DNA of 47,504 bases, from assembly GCF_000372725.1 (NCBI RefSeq), contig NW_005201493.1, forward strand, positions 28,092 through 75,595, read 5' to 3'. This DNA is from Emiliania huxleyi CCMP1516. Lineage: Eukaryota. Positions 21,683 to 33,318 of the stretch are shown here, in pieces; position 1 is the first letter of the stretch; each line of letters opens with the position of its first letter. The position numbers and the translations under genes were made by a program. The notes under the pieces were generated by a model. The model had not been told where the DNA came from, ran no database searches, and was given only the letters and a program-made list of their open reading frames with translations.

Positions 21683-23633
21683 ATGCAGACCCCGCCGCAC
21701 TGCGATCGCGGCGGCCCTCGCCCTCGCGTCTACACCTACACGCTCCCAAAGCACCTCCACGCTGCGCCCGATTATTGGCGCCAGGGCAAAGCGCTGCTGC
21801 AGTGGGTCCGCACGAGCGTCCACCACGAGCCCGACGGGGACTGTGCCGACTATTGGCTGCTGCCCGGCTTCCCGCCAAACGTCTTTAGCCGGGCAGACAT
21901 GAGGCGCCTGTGCGACGACCCCACCATCGCAATTTTACCGCGGCCCTCACCCCGCGCACTCAAACTGCAGGTCGCTGGGCGACGTGCGAATCGCTCGCAT
22001 CTTCCACTACCTCCGCTCGCGCTGGCCGTGGTGGAACCGGACTGCCGACGCGGGCCAGGCGCGGCACGTGCTGCTGCTGCCAGGCGACCACGGCCCGGGA
22101 GACACGGGCTACGACCGTCCAATCTACCCGCACAAGTGGTCGCCGACCGACTCTGACGCCGCGCAGGACCGCCGGAACCACGTCTGGAACGGCTCGCACG
22201 CCGCGGAGATCCGCAGGCTGTGGGGCGCCGGCTGGGAGGCACTCAACCCCGCGAGCCCCGGCCGGCTCGTCCTCTTCCTCCTCTACAGCGGCTGGGCGGA
22301 CCAGCTCACCAGCCAGCGAGGCCACTGCCTCAACTGCTTCACCCACGGGCTCGACGTGCGGCTGCCTTCGGACGAGGCGCACACCTGCGGGCCGCTGTGC
22401 GGACTGCCGCGCCGCAGGACGGCCGAGTGCCCAGAGTGCGGCCTGGGGCGGAAGGGGAGGGTCGCCGCGCTCGGGCGCCTCGTGGCGGCGCCATCGCCGA
22501 CGGCGGCGCGCAACTGCTCGCTCCACTGGGCCGGGCGGGGAAGCGTGGGCAGCAACCCCGCCCGAAAGACGCTGCTCCAGCTGGTGGACGCCCCGGGCGT
22601 GTGTATCCACGACACGGGGCGGAGCGGCGTCAACGCGGTCGACATCCCGTCCGCGATGCGCACATCGCGTTTCTGCTTCTCCCCTCGCGGGTGGGACAAC
22701 GGCGACTCGGACCGCTACCTCCCGGCGCTTCTCCACGGCTGCATCCCGGTGCTCTCGGACCCGCTCGAGGCGATGCCGCTGCAGGAGCGAGGCGGCGCCG
22801 CGGCGGCGCGAGGAGGCGGCGTCTCTTCACAGCTTCCGCCGTGAGCAGGAGCTGCGCGACGAGTGGCGGTGGGAGGAGGCGGCGCTCGCGGTGGACGTGG
22901 CTCGCATCCCCACGCTGCCGCAGGTGCTGGGCAGCCTCGGCCCCGGCGCGGAGGCGGCGCTCCGTGCGGCGGGCGAAGCGGCGCGCGAGCACCGGCTCCC
23001 TCACCGCCCTCCTCGCCCTCCTCGTGCGCTGCTGACACCTCGCGGCGTGAGCAGGCGCGCGAGCGCATGCTCTACACCACGCTCGCCTTCGACTGCTGCG
23101 CGCCCGCCGCCTGCAACGCCTCGCGGGCGCGGGCCGCTCCCTCGACCCACAGCCACGCGCGATCGGTGCGGCAGGCGAGGCTGTGGCAGCCGTCCCCGTG
23201 CGGGCCGGAGCGGCGGCGGAGGGCGGGCTCGTACATCGGCGAGGACGGGTCTCGCGACGCCTTCTCGGGGCTGATGAAGGTGCTGGCGGGCCGCCTCTCT
23301 GGCGAGCCTGCGCCGCCTGAGCCGTGGAGCACGCGCGCGGACTGCCTCGAGCCGGGCGGCGCGGCGGCGCCTGGCGGCCGGCCGTGCGCCCCCCTCGCGC
23401 ACCTCGTGCGAGAAGGGGACGGCCGGCCGAGGCCGAGGGACAAGGCGCACCTCGTCAAGGAGGGCCGCCCCTCTGCCGACTGGTTCCAGCGCCGCCACGG
23501 CTGGGCCACCGCTCTCAAGGAGAGGGCGGTGCCGAGGCTGGCTGAGTTTCCCGCGCCGGCGGCGTCGCACCGCCGTTTGCTCGCCACCGCTGCTCGCGAG
23601 GGCGGGATGGCGGCAAGGGCGGGCGGGTCGTGA
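21683..23633 (+). CDS. Exostosin-family (GT47) glycosyltransferase, about 4 exons; start uncertain
   Basis: PRVYTYTLP, DGDCADYWLLP, MRTSRFCFSPRGWDNGDSDRYLPALLHGCIPVL..MPLQ|E..WEEAALAVDVARIPTLPQVL. Confidence 0.8.
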
Positions 23634-23872
23634 GATGAGAGTGGCGATTAGTAAGCGCGGCTAGCTGCGGACCGCTGTGAGCGGAGGTTTGCCCCGCAAC
23701 AGGTGAGATGCTTTTGCGTGAGCAAGAGCGTGTCGTCGGAGCATTTCCCGGGTTGCCCCGGGTGGACTCCGAGATAGCACGTCGGTCAGGGGGATTAACG
23801 TTAACGAATAAATTTGTGTATTTCCCCATATGAGGGATCTTGGGAAGCGACGCGTGTCTCTTTTATGGACCT

Positions 23873-25055
23873 GAGGGCCCAACTTGAGAATCGTGCTTTG
23901 AGTTGGGTTGTTTCGTGTTGGGTTGGGTTGTGCTTGGGTTGGGTTGTTCCGCGTGAGGTTGGGTCGTCGGCGCGAAGGGTGAGTCTCGACCGCCGCCGCT
24001 CACGCCAGCGGACGGCCACTGCCGGTGTTTTTGGCTTCGCCACCGTCCAAGGCGTGCGCCATGCGCTCGCCGGCATCGAGCGAGCAACGTGATCGACCGA
24101 GCGGCTTGCTGTGTGGTCGCCTTCTTGTGGCTCTCGTCGAGAGCGTTTTGCGTCCCGGCGGGTGGGAGAGCATGTGTCGTCTGATGTGTCACTGTGTACG
24201 CGTCATTTCAGTCTTGATAATAAGCACGGTCGATCCGTCAAAGGACAAAGCGATACACTCATTCCTATCACGCTGGAGGGCTGGCACGGAGCTCTGTGCC
24301 GGCACACAGAAGAGCCGTGCGGCAAGAAGAGCTCGATGGGGAGCGAGAACCGTCAGATTTTCAGGTGTAACCTGAAGTCCGTCGCGACGCACTCAATCCC
24401 TCCCGAGCGAAAGCCTGTGGCTCTCTCGAACTCGTCGATATATTGCGAATAAACTGCTCTTCCCGCATAGCTTGCAGAGTCAGAGGCGCAGAAAGGCTAC
24501 GAGTGTTCGACGAGTCTTGCGAGCTGCGCGGTCAAACCTGGGGGGGACTGACCGCATCAAGGCGGACTTCCGAAACCTGGGTGAGCACCTCTGGCAGTTC
24601 TCGCTCCCCATCGAGCTCTTCTTGCCGCACGGCTCTTCTGTGTGCCGGCACAGAGCTCCGTGCAAGCCTTCCAGCGTGATAGGAACGAGTGTATCGCTTT
24701 GACGGATCGACCGTGCTTGTTATCCACATCGATGTGACGCACACAGTGACACTTCAGACGACACACATTCTCCCACCCGCCGGGACGCAAAACGCTCTCG
24801 ACGAGAGCCACAAGAAGGCGACCACACAGCAAGCCGCTCGGTCGATCACGTTGCTCGCTCGATGCCGGCGAGCGCATGGCGCACGCCTTGGACGGTGGCG
24901 AAGCCAAAAACACCGGCAGTGGCCGTCCGCTGGCGTGAGCGGCGGCGGTCGAGACCTCACCCTTCGCGCCGACGACCCAACCTCACGCGGAACAACCCAA
25001 CCCAACCCAACAACCCAACCCAACCCAAAAAGCACGATTCTCAAGTTGGGCCCTC
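23873..25055. mobile_element. Non-autonomous foldback-type TIR element with about 460-480-bp inverted repeats and 5-bp TSD
   Basis: Arms 23873-24350 and 24597-25055 are reverse complements with few differences. Termini are GAGGGCCCAACTTGAG...CTCAAGTTGGGCCCTC. GACCT flanks at 23868-23872 and 25056-25060. Confidence 0.9.
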
Positions 25056-25256
25056 GACCTGTGTTAGTGCCAGTGCGCGCCAGTCCCGTGCCAGTGCGCA
25101 GTGTCGTGCGAGGGAGCTTGGTTCTAAAATTCTTGTGGTTGACTGCTCCTGTGGTGGGGGCGACGGCTTCTGAGGATCCCGTCACTCGCGCCTCGTGCTC
25201 TGCGAATCATAAATTTCTTGCGTCGCCGAATCGCCGCTCTCACGCGGCCTCAGCTC

Positions 25257-26502
25257 ATGCCTGACTGGGCTTCGCTCAGCCGGTTCGAGATTCGGCACGT
25301 GACGCTGCCTCTCCAGCGGTACCGCGCGTTAGACGTGCCCTCCCAGGTGCTCGGTCACTCCGTCTCTGGCGAGGCGATGCTGCCGCTCTTCGCCAGCCTT
25401 TACTGGTGCCTGGACCAGCACAAGTGCTTCTGCGGCATCTGGCTGGTGCCGCTCTCGGAGATGGCCAACGGCGTCGTCAAGTGGCTCACGCGCCGCGGCC
25501 GCCCCGCCTGGGTCGACGAGCGCGTGATGATGCACCAGTGGTCGTCCGAGTTCTCCTTCCCGTCCTCGCACTCGCAGCTCGCGGCTGCGGTGATGACGTG
25601 GCTGGTCCTCTCGTCGGCACACGCCGAGGCGGCGACATCGACGCCCGCCCTGCCCAGCGCCGCCTACGCACTGCTCGTCGCCGCCTCGCGAGTGCACGTT
25701 GGCCTGCACTTTCCGAGCGACGTGGCAGTCGGGCTGCTATGGGGCGCGCTCTCCGCCGCCGCCTACGCCCACATCGTACTGCCCTCGCTCCCTAGCTTCG
25801 TGCACTGGAGCGCCACGAGCCGGCTCTGTGCGCTGCTGCTGCCCGCCGCCGCCGCCGGCCTCGCCGTCCACGCCGCGTATTGCGTCGCCGAGCGGTCTCG
25901 CGGCTCCGACCCGCCAGAGTGGAGTCGGAACGCGTGCCGAGGGCGGTACAAGGCGAGCGCCCCTCCCGAGGGCCCTTCCCGAGGCCCTTCCCGAGGCCCT
26001 TCCCGGGGCCCTTCCCGAGGCCCTTCCCGAGGCCCTTCCCGGGGTCTCTCCGAGACCCTTCCCCAGACCCTTCCGAGACGCGCCGCGAGGACACAGTCCG
26101 CCTCGCCGGCTGCCGCAGGGGCGAGAGCTCGACCCGCGGGGCGTGCCGCACGGCAACTACATGGGCATGCTGGGCGTGCTCGCCGGGCTGGCGGTCGGCG
26201 GCGCCTTCAAGCACCTCTTCCCACTCCACTACCCCGGCTCGGGCGCCTCTGCCTTTGTCCGCGCCGTCGTCGGCAACGGCGGCTGCGCCGCCGCTCCTCG
26301 GAGGTCGCCCCTCAGACACGCCCAAGACGCGTCCTCGACGCGTCCCGCAGGCGGGCTGCTCGCCCTCTTCGAGGGGATCGGCGCGGCGACGCCGAGGCAG
26401 CCGCTGCGCCTCTACGCCGCGCTCCGCTTTTTAAAGTACTGGCTCGTGCCGGTGTACATCCTCCTCCTCGCGCCGTACGCCTTTGTGCGGCTCGGCTTGT
26501 GA
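25257..26502 (+). CDS. PAP2-superfamily membrane phosphatase, 3 exons
   Basis: KWLTRRGRP (C1), FSFPSSH (C2), SRVHVGLHFPSDV (C3) and several TM segments. The first intron holds GAGGCCCTTCCC 12-mers. Confidence 0.88.
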
Positions 26503-26932
26503 CGGCGCGCGGCCGCGGTGTGAGAGAGATCTGATGTATCCACTATTGGGAGGCGGGAGCTGAAGAGCTCCCAGCCTCAGAGAGCGTGCATGTGTGGGGC
26601 AAGTTGTGGAGTGGTGCGTGGGTGTTAGGCTTAGCGCGGTGTGTGTTCGATAGCAGCTGCAGAGTCGCGTGTGGGTATTTGTTTGTCGATTGTCGCCGAT
26701 GAGGATGTCTCTACCAACGTGAAGACGATTCAAAAAAAACACAAACGAGAAGAACAACACTGCCAGGGCGCCACCCTTCCGCGGGCCCCGACGCGAGGGG
26801 GCGTGCGGCAAGGGGGGGGGGGGGGGACAATGACAACGAGACAGGGCGGATCCCAGGGCGCAGGGGGAGAAGTGGGACACAGACGTGCTACTACTGTACA
26901 CTGTGAGGAGGGATCCGCGACGCCGCCCATCG

Positions 26933-28447
26933 CTAGGAGAGGTACCCGCTGTCCGAGCCGCTATACTCGCCATTGCTCTCGTCGCCGTCCTCGCTGGGTC
27001 CGGTGGAATCAGGCCGCTCGCCCACCCACAAGTCGATCTTCTTCGGAAGCAGCTGGTCCTCCACGCCTTGGCCCATGACGAAAGGATAACCGTGGCCCAA
27101 GATGGACTCTCCCCCTCCGCCGTGATGGCCCCAGGAGAAGAATGCTCCGTCAGCAGTGAGGGCGAAGCCGTGGCAGCCGCTGGCCACCACAGAGACGACG
27201 CGCTGCCCGGCCAAGGCCTCGATCTTGTTGGGCAGCGACCGGCTCTGCGTGTCGCCGTGGCCCAGGCGTCCTAAATTGTTTGGGCCCCAGGACCAGGCGG
27301 AGCCGTCGGCGGTGATGGCGAAGGTGTGGCGGTCTGCCGACACGGCGATGACGCGCTGGCCAGCGAAGGCGTCGATCCTCTTCGGCAGCAGCTGCTTCTC
27401 CGTGTTGCCGTGGCCCAACGTGCCTAGGAGTCCCGAACCCCAGCTCCACACCACACCGCCAGTGGTGAGAGCGAAGCTGCAGCCGCCTCCTGCCGACACA
27501 GCGATGACGCGCCGGCCCGACAAGGCCTCAACCTTCTTGGGAAGCTGCTGGTTCTGCTCGTTGCCGTGGCCCAACGCGCCGTCTCTTCCCTCGCCCCAGC
27601 TCCAGATTGCGCCGTCCATTGTAAGGGCGAGAGAGTGGTAGTCGCCCGCAGAGAGAGCAACGACGCGCTGGCCCGCCAAGGCCTCGATCTTCGTCGGGAG
27701 GTGATGGTCGTGCCGGTCGCTGTGGCCCAGCGAGCAGCTCGAGAACATGCCGCCGCCCGCACCCCAGCTCCAGACGGCGCCGTCGGTGGTGAGGGCGAGG
27801 CTGGAGAAGCTCCCAGCAGAGATAGCCACGACGCGCTGCCCAGCCAGGGCCTCGATTTTCTTTGGGCGCTGCTGGTAATGCCCGCCAGCATGACCCAGCC
27901 ATCCTCCCCCGCCCTGCCCCCTTCCCCAACTCCAGACTGAGCTGTCTGCGGCGAGGGCGAGGCTGAAGCAGGACCCAACTGACACGCTTTCAGCGCGCGC
28001 TCCCCCGAGCTGCGAGGGGAGTCGTGTTGGGCGGCCGCCGGCCTCTCGGCCCTCGAACAGGCCAAGGCCGCGCCACGGGTCGTGCCCAAGAAGCTTCGTG
28101 TCGCCGGCTCCGCCACACGACGCGAGCCGCCCCTCGCCGTCGATGAAGACGCTGTGCTGCATGCTTGACGCCACCCTCGTCGGCGGGTTGGACTCGCGCT
28201 GCATCGCCGCAAAGCACAGCCAGCACACGTCGCAGCTATCGCCCGCTGGCGGCTCTGCTAGCTCGTAGCCGCGCTCTCGCGCCCGCAAGCGGATGCCTTC
28301 CTCCGCGAGCGAGGAGTGGAAGATGCGCGAAACGGCCGCGACGCGAGCGATGTCGGCGGGGGTGTCGCAGCGCGCGACGACGCGCGCGAGCAAGTCGGTG
28401 GCCAAGTCGAGCAGCGCGAGCGGTGGCGGCGGAGGCGCTTGCGTCAT
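26933..28447 (-). CDS. Intronless RCC1-repeat (UVR8/HERC-like) beta-propeller protein with F-box-like N-terminus
   Basis: Repeated ALTxDGAVWSWGxGxxGxLGHG...PKKIEALAGQRVVAxSAG units; N-terminal LLDLATDLLARVV..ADIARVAAVSRIF. Confidence 0.88.
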   Translation of the reverse strand: MTQAPPPPPLALLDLATDLLARVVARCDTPADIARVAAVSRIFHSSLAEEGIRLRARERGYELAEPPAGDSCDVCWLCFAAMQRESNPPTRVASSMQHSVFIDGEGRLASCGGAGDTKLLGHDPWRGLGLFEGREAGGRPTRLPSQLGGARAESVSVGSCFSLALAADSSVWSWGRGQGGGGWLGHAGGHYQQRPKKIEALAGQRVVAISAGSFSSLALTTDGAVWSWGAGGGMFSSCSLGHSDRHDHHLPTKIEALAGQRVVALSAGDYHSLALTMDGAIWSWGEGRDGALGHGNEQNQQLPKKVEALSGRRVIAVSAGGGCSFALTTGGVVWSWGSGLLGTLGHGNTEKQLLPKRIDAFAGQRVIAVSADRHTFAITADGSAWSWGPNNLGRLGHGDTQSRSLPNKIEALAGQRVVSVVASGCHGFALTADGAFFSWGHHGGGGESILGHGYPFVMGQGVEDQLLPKKIDLWVGERPDSTGPSEDGDESNGEYSGSDSGYLS

Positions 28448-28634
28448 GTGACAAATCGGGCTCGTTTTTCTTCTTTCCGGCTGAAGCAGCGAGAGAAAAG
28501 GAAAGTCGTTTGCGCCCCGTTTGTGCCGCGTCCCGTGCCCCCGAGTTTACGCGATAATAAATTATGATTGATGACACACACAGAACACAGAGGTGACAGT
28601 ACACGGACTAGATTGATCGGATCTCATCGTGACA

Positions 28635-29150
28635 CTAGACAGCGCCAGGGGGAGCCTGGGAGGCAGCCATCAGCTTCTGGCCCATGGAGTAAAGCCAGTC
28701 CGCCTCCGCCTCGTCGTCCTGTGAGTGCTGCGGCTGGTAGTACTTGACCGCCTTGCCCTTGGTGTCGATGACGTCGTGGTCAGGTGATATGCGATTGCCG
28801 AACATGCGCGACACCCGGATGGTCTTTGCCTTGCCGGCGGCGAAGGCGGTCAGGCTATCGTAGTCGCCGACCACAGCTAGTGGGCGGCCGGAGGTGTAAC
28901 TAGGCGCGTAGAGGTAGTTGTCGGGGTGGTCGGCACCGCCGCCCTTTGAGGAGGAGATCACATGCAGCACGTCCTGCCCATCAATCTCGTCGCTATCGAG
29001 CAGCACGCGCAGGCACCGTGCATACACGGCTCGCGTCATGCACTCCGACTCAGCGATCGCCTTGCGCGCCGCCTCCAGCTCCGCAGCCTTGTGGAGTCTC
29101 GCCTCGAGATCGGACGCTGCGTCGTGGATGCTCTTCGCGTGATCAATGAA
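28635..29150 (-). CDS. Possible HNH-like nuclease domain protein or remnant
   Basis: DVLHVISSSKGGGADHPDNY resembles the HNH core DHIxPxSxGGxxxxxNL. An in-frame helical region lies upstream, but there is no clear start. Confidence 0.4.
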   Translation of the reverse strand, partial: FIDHAKSIHDAASDLEARLHKAAELEAARKAIAESECMTRAVYARCLRVLLDSDEIDGQDVLHVISSSKGGGADHPDNYLYAPSYTSGRPLAVVGDYDSLTAFAAGKAKTIRVSRMFGNRISPDHDVIDTKGKAVKYYQPQHSQDDEAEADWLYSMGQKLMAASQAPPGAV

Positions 29151-29636
29151 TCATTGTCAATGTACCAACTCACCGCCTCCTTACGCGCATCCACCTCCGC
29201 ATCCACCGGCGATTTTGTTGAGGAGCTTCACAGTAGCACAATAGTCGATCTCGAGCACCACAAGGCTGCGCGCGCCGGGGGTTTCTTTTTTTGGTTTTTC
29301 CGCGCTCCGGGGGGTTCTTTCTTTGCGAGGGAAACTCTTTCTTTCCAGTTTCGGCGGACGCCCCGCGCTGCGCACTGGCTCCAAGATAATTCTTCCGATC
29401 CACATGCTAGGGGTCGCAGTGGGATCTAGAAATTCAGAAAAATCATGAGGTGTGGTACCGCGGCAGCATCCTCTGTTGTTTTGTGTTTGCAGCCTCTGTG
29501 TCGGTCGGATAAAAATGGAAATAAATGGACACGCATGCGCATGACAGGACCCAGTATAGTACACAGCACAAGTATGATTCACCGCCACAGGCGCGCGGCC
29601 GCGGGGAGGGGTGACCTGGCTTCGAGATAGATGATT

Positions 29637-30517
29637 CTGAGGGAGGGTGTGGAGGATGTAGAGTGTAGAGCGTTGTAGAGCTGTAGAGATGTAGAGCGCT
29701 CTGGAGCAATGTAGAGCTGTAGAGCTCTACATCCGGCGCGGGACAGAGCGATGCAGATGTAGAGAGATGTAGAGGCGCTCTACAACGTGAAATCTCTACA
29801 ACAAACTCTACATCAAAAGCGGCGAACGAGGCACGGTCGCTCTCCGACATTAGGCGCGTTGCACTTGCCAGTGCTGCCCTGGCCTTCTGTCTGCCCGCCC
29901 AATGGGTGGCAGGTGCCTCTGCTGCTGTGGCATGCCTCACGGCTGCGACTGGCCGGCGCCTCGGCGCGTCAGCTCGGCTCGGCGTAGCGATCGTGGCCAG
30001 CGCAACTCGCTTGGACTCAACGCTCAGCCAGGAGCTCCCGCACGCGCTGGCGCGAGGCATGGCGCATGCAACGCGCAGCAATGCTCGCCTCGCCTCGCGC
30101 AAATGCGACCGTCCTCGCAGCCGACAGTCTACCGCCTGCTAAAGAAGCACAGCGACGAATGCGGCACCGGCGACGCATGGCAGGCTGGTCATGACGCAGT
30201 TATACGGTGTTGTGTGCCGTCAGAGGGACTCTCTGTGTGTCAGGGATAGTCAGGGCCGTCCATCAGACCTCCAGTAAGCTCGGAGACACCCCACTAGTGC
30301 GGCTCGACCTCTTTGAGTCACTGCCTTCTCGGCGGGTTTGCTGTAGAGCCTCTACAACAAACTCTACAGCAAAATCGCGCTCTACATCGCTCTACAACGC
30401 ACGCAGTTCGTCCCGCGCCGGATGTAGAGCTCTACAGCTCTACAGCGCTCTCCAGCGCTCTACATCTCTACAGCTCTACAGCGCTCTACACTCTACATCC
30501 TCTACACCCTCCCTCAG
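29637..30517. mobile_element. 881-bp non-autonomous TIR transposon with 8-bp TSD (hAT-like) and TGTAGAG subterminal repeats
   Basis: Termini CTGAGGGAGGGTGT...ACACCCTCCCTCAG. AGATGATT flanks at 29629-29636 and 30518-30525. The inverted arms (>100 bp) are rich in GTAGAG/CTCTAC. Confidence 0.9.
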
Positions 30518-30873
30518 AGATGATTCTGCAACCCACATGCTAGGGAGGTCCGTGCTCTAACTACTCTATCGTTGCTCGACCACGCGTTTGGGCTCTCTCG
30601 AGGAGGAAGTGGCGGCCCCCGCGGGAGCTCGCTCGCGCCGATGCTGTCATGCGGGACCGATTGAGCGGCGGCTCGCAGTGGGATCGGACTGCAGGAAGGT
30701 CCGTTGGGGCTCGAGACGAATGACCGTACGGTTGCGGCGCGTTTGCCCCTTCTCGTCCAGACTCCACGCGCCGGGCCCACCCCGCCGGACCACTGCGCCG
30801 CGCTTCCCGACTGGTTGAGCTGATGGCGTGACGATAACCCAACGCTAGTACAGCCAGAGTGCGATTGTGTGTG

Positions 30874-30945
30874 TAAATAAATAAATAAAACGGACACCTC
30901 TACTAGGAGATGGGTAAAAAGGAACAGGTCCCCGCCCTTGCGATC
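30874..30945 (-). repeat. Terminal module of the (TTTA)n-tailed retroposon family
   Basis: TAAATAAATAAATAAAACGGACACCTCTACTAGGAGATGGGTAAAAAGGAACAGGTCCCCGCCCTTGCGATC is also present at 42081-42152. Confidence 0.85.
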
Positions 30946-31248
30946 GAACCGCGCATCGCTGGGTTCCGCTCGATAGGGGGTCTGGCGCCACTAGCGGCCA
31001 AAACGCCCAACCAACCCAGCCCCGCCTAGCCGCGCTCCAAGGGCTGTCGCCACGCACGATTCACACGACAGATACAAGGCGCAGGCGACGGCTTCCTAGG
31101 AAGCCGTCGCCCTCTATGCGGCGAGTACCCACCGACGGTGTCGCGCAGAAGCGCTTTCCCTGTACACGGCGCGCTGCGCTGCCACACGCTGCTCTCACTA
31201 GTGCCAAGCGGCGATCGAGTCATCAGGGCGTGGGGCGCTGCCCCTCAC

Positions 31249-32995
31249 TCATGCCCGCTCGGCCACCTCCGCCCGGACCTTCTCGAGCTCCACGTCGCGC
31301 GCCGCCACCGTCCCCTTGAGCTTCGCCACCGTCCCCTTCAGCTCCGCCACCTGGTCGAGCGCGTCGCCGAGCAGCCCCTTGGCCACGCCAAAGTCGCGCA
31401 GCTGCTCCACGCCGCCGCTCGCCCGCACCTCGGCGGCGTGGTCGGCCACGAAGCGGCGGCACTGCGCGAGGAGCCGCCCGTCGCCCATCGTGTGCGCCGC
31501 CTCGAGCAGCGGCACGGCGGTCGCCGGCGCGACGCTCTCCTGCAGCGCCTGCGCGCAGAGCAGCTCGAGGCGCGGCACCTGGTACATCTGCGCCAGCTCC
31601 CGCAGGTCGAGCGCGCGCTGCGCCCTGCCCTCCTCCTCGCCGAGGTCGAGCTCATCGGTGCAGAGGTAGTCGATAAGGGCGGTGAAGCTGGCGAGGTCGA
31701 TATGGGGCACCGTGACCTCGGCGGCGTCGCGCTCCTTCATGCCGATGCCAAACATGGTCCGAAAGACCGGGGACCGAATGCAGAGCACGTTCTTGCTCAC
31801 GTGCTCGATGCGCTCCCGGTCGTCGCCGACCAGGAAGGTGACCATGCCCTGCGGGAGGGAAGCGTCGCCCCGCGTCTTCTTCATGTCGGCCGAGAAGGTG
31901 GAGGGCGGAACGACGATCGGGGCAAAGGAGGGAGGCGGAGGAGGCGCAGCCACGCAGACCTGGCGGAGGCCACCTTCCGAACCGACCAACAGCGTGCTCC
32001 CGTCCGGGCTGATTGCGACTTCATCTGGGCTGGCGAGCTGCGCCGCGTCGCCCACACCATCGGCGTTGCCCTCGGTGCCGCTGCCCGCGAGGGTCGTCAC
32101 AGCGCCCGTCGCCACCTCGACCCGCCGAATCTTGTGGCTCTCATTGTCCGCCACAAACAGCGCGCTGCCGTCCGTGCTGATGGCCATACCGTAGGGGTAG
32201 CAGAACTCCGCCGCGTCGCCCACGCCATCCGCGTCGCCATTCTCGCCGCTGCCCGCGAGCGTGGTCACCGCGCCAGTCGCCACCGCCACCCGCCGGATCT
32301 TGTGGCCGCCGTTGTCTGCCACAAACAGCGCGCTGCCGTCTGGGCTGATGGTGATGCCAAGCGGTATATTGAACCCCGCCGCGTCGCCGACGCCATCGGC
32401 GCTGCCCGTGGTGCCAGTGCCCGCGATCGTCGTCACCTCTCCCGTCGCCACCTCAACCCGCCGGCTTGTCGTTGTCGTGGTCCGTCACAAACAGCGCGCT
32501 CCCGTCCGGGCTAATGGCGATGCCAGCTGGGCCGTTGAACTGTGCTGCTTCGCCCACGCCATCGGCGCTGCCCTCGTCGCCGCTTCCAGCGAGCGTGGTC
32601 ACCTCGCCAGTCGCCACCTCCACCCGCCGGATCTCGTGGCCGCTGAAGTCCGCCACAAAAACCGCGCTCCCGTCCGGGCTGACAGTAACGGTGTAATAGT
32701 AGTCGCCACCTCCACTTGCCGGCAAGGCTGCCACGCGGCGCACGCGCCCGGCCGCCGAGACGTGCAGCAGCGAGTCAACGGTCGCGACGTACCAGGCGCC
32801 CGCGTGATCGCTCGCGACGCCAACGCGACCGAGCGATGCCTGAAGGCCGTCCTCGCCCTCGAGCGTCAGCGTGGCGACCTGGCCGACGCGCGCGCCAAAG
32901 ATGGGCGCCTCGAAGCCATCCGCGACCGGAACGGGCTCCTCGTCCTCCTCGCCGCCGCCGCCGCCCGTGCGGGCGCGCTTGCCGGCTCGGGACAT
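31249..32995 (-). pseudogene. NHL-repeat beta-propeller + BTB/POZ protein, intronless, frameshifted at 32464/32465
   Basis: Repeats AISPDGSALFVADxxxHKIRRVEVATGxVTTLAGSG..ADGVGDAAxF; BTB VTFLVG..HVSKNVLCIRSPVFRTMF. One repeat reads AAG-C-CGG where the others read AAG-ATC-CGG. Confidence 0.85.
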
Positions 32996-33318
32996 GGGGG
33001 TGGATTCGGGACAAGGGCTGGGTAGGGTAGCTCGACTCTTCATAGAAAAACCTTCTTTCCCCCTTTTGCGCATGTCTTGTCGCCCTCACGCCCTCGGCCT
33101 GGTCGCCAAGAGAGAAAAACGCCGGACACAGGGACGATGTGGGAGGCGAGCTTGCGAGAGTGCGAGCCATGCAGCGTGCTCGCAGTGCCGCTCGCAACGT
33201 CAGGGGTCGTCCGAGGATTCCTCTAGGGCCCCTGCACGAAAAAAGAAAGCGGGTCTTGCTAGTCAGGAAACAAGTGCTGTAGCGAGCCTGTCGCTGTCCC
33301 TTGTCAGGAGCAGGAGAA

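Noticed and set aside
33220..33240. Second Helitron 3' end (CTAGGGCCCCTGC resembles the reverse complement of 13917-13932; similar at about 43130)
   Set aside because: No adjacent GC hairpin or matching 5' end was found.
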